Source: Callorhinchus milii (Eukaryota). Taken from it: a DNA stretch of 47,218 nucleotides. Position 1 is the stretch's first letter; every line of letters begins with the position of its first letter. The position numbers and the translations under genes were made by a program. The stretch lies in the NCBI RefSeq assembly GCF_018977255.1, contig NW_024705410.1:1-47218 (forward strand), written 5' to 3'. This document shows, piece after piece, positions 45,933 through 47,218 of this stretch. The notes beneath the pieces were generated by a model that was not told where the DNA came from, searched no databases, and saw nothing but the letters and a program-made list of their open reading frames with translations.

Positions 45933-46402
45933 TGTAATAACAGCCATAGAGGGTTCACGTGGAGATTGGCTTGCCGGTCCTGCTTGTAGCCAATAAGGGT
46001 TGAGATAGGGACCATGGCCCATGCGTCATCACGACAGGTCATCAGGAGTGATTGGCCCAGCCATTCGGGGTCCCAGCTAATGGGGAGCCGGATGAGGGGC
46101 GTGGTCCCGGGATTGACAGGGAACCATCGAGAATGGTCAAAGCTGTCTATGAACGATTGGCTGGGGAACCACGTGACGAAGGTATTAAGAGCGAGTGAGA
46201 GAGAACGATCGAGAGCAGACTGAAACTAACAGGAGCAGGATCACGCGCGGACGGGGGCTGGGTTGCCACGTGCGCGGTGAGGACTCAGTGCGTAGTCTGT
46301 CCTCTCTCCGTTGTCTGCCAGCAACGGAGAGTGAGTGAGCAAGTGTATTGAAAGTGGAAATAAAGGACTGATTCCGAAGCCGTCTCCGGGAGGATTATTA
46401 CA
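45933..46402 (+). repeat. 3' LTR of Gypsy element 2 (470 bp)
   Basis: Follows the PPT and is followed by the TSD CCGG. Confidence 0.95.
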
Positions 46403-46894
46403 CCGGTATAGAGCAGACAATGCTACATATACATCGGGATGTTTTGGCTGAGACAACAATTGTTCATCATCGTTTTCTACTTTGTGGAAAAGTAACTGTA
46501 GATATTACAAAGAGCAAACATTTATTACAATGCAAAGTTCGTACCTAGTGCAAATTTATATGAAAGCAAAATATTCGTTACATTATGTGTGCCTCTTGTG
46601 TTTAACTACGGGATAGGTGGCTACTATTTAGCTGTGTTGCTGAGTTTTTTTGACAGCATTGTAATGGTGACAACTGGACAGAAATAGTGACGAGTTATAT
46701 ATAACGTTTCTTAACATCATACTTTTAGCATTACGTGAATAAAATACTCTTTCTTAACAGCTGTAGACATATTTACGTGGTTTTCTGAGACATTAAACGA
46801 ATGCTTTACATATGTTTTAAATTATTATTAGTATTGTTGTTGTTTTTTCTACCAAATATGTTGTAAGAGTTCCTTAACACTACACACCACCCAG

Positions 46895-47123
46895 TTTTTT
46901 AACAAAAATGACTGAACATATACAGACAAAGGTGGACAACGAAGGTTTCGATAAGAATCTGCTACCACAATTTCTTATCTGTATCCGGAACTTTCAGCTG
47001 AAATTAGAAAGCAATGATCCTAACTCTGCAGCTGATGATTACGTCCGAGATATTTTGCAGAAAAAAATTCCTGAAACTTCTGAATCATGGAAGGTTGGAA
47101 AGTTCATAAATCACAATTTCCAG
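46895..47123 (+). CDS. GBP GTPase-domain exon containing the G4 region (3' end tentative)
   Basis: Encodes FLTKMTEHIQTKVDNEGFDKNLLPQFLICIRNFQLKLESNDPNSAADDYVRDILQKK..., versus hGBP1 YVTELTHRIRSK...FFPDFVWTLRDFSLDLEADGQPLTPDEYLTYSLKLKK. Probable donor CAG|GTTTGT at 47124; an alternative is AAG|GTTGGA at 47094. Confidence 0.85.
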
Positions 47124-47218
47124 GTTTGTGTTTTGCATTTTCACTCTTAATGTGCAACGTGTGTTTCTACTATTTGACATACAAAACAGCATTTTTATTG
47201 CCCGTAAATGGATGGTGG

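Larger units (their letters stand above)
39820..46402 (+). mobile_element. Full-length, young Ty3/Gypsy LTR retrotransposon (element 2) inside the U12 intron
   Basis: LTRs at 39820-40291 and 45933-46402 (TGTAATAA...TTATTACA), TSD CCGG (39816-39819 and 46403-46406), PBS TGGTGTCAGAAGT at 40293-40305, and a G-run PPT. Confidence 0.97.
38615..46894 (+). other. U12-type (minor spliceosome) GT-AG intron of the GBP gene, 8280 bp
   Basis: 5' splice site GTATCCTT (38615-38622) and branch site TTCCTTAAC (46870-46878), 16 nt before the end of the CAG acceptor (46892-46894), with no polypyrimidine tract. Splicing restores the frame EQLC-FLTKMTEHI. Confidence 0.88.

Overview
Eukaryotic, intron-containing, transposon-dense genomic DNA. 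A vertebrate or chordate host is likely; the repeat spectrum looks lamprey-like, but that is inference. There are two host genes, both on the + strand. The first is the last four coding exons of a cytosolic 5'-nucleotidase IA (NT5C1A-like, 70-2839). The second is three exons of a guanylate-binding protein (GBP) GTPase domain (21575-21714, 38505-38614, 46895-~47123). The last two GBP exons are joined by a U12-type intron, and the GBP G4 motif is altered from RD to RN. The rest is mostly mobile DNA. It includes two full-length Ty3/Gypsy LTR retrotransposons with TSDs (21946-28519, 39820-46402) and three decayed Gypsy fragments. A four-level nest consists of an old hATm-like remnant, a Penelope-like element with inverted ends, an OC1/SPIN-type hAT, and a palindromic mini-Penelope. 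Four intact-looking minimal hammerhead ribozymes lie in the Penelope pLTRs, and LINE, SINE and MITE relics are scattered through the window. The most unusual segment is a GC-rich 3-kb island (10.6-13.5 kb). It encodes STPR-like repeats, a CxxC/DUF6570-like Helitron2/Helentron N-terminus and the start of a Rep domain, joined through an apparent internal deletion to a Ulp1/SENP-type (C48) cysteine protease with an intact catalytic triad. All family assignments come from motif recall, not database searches.
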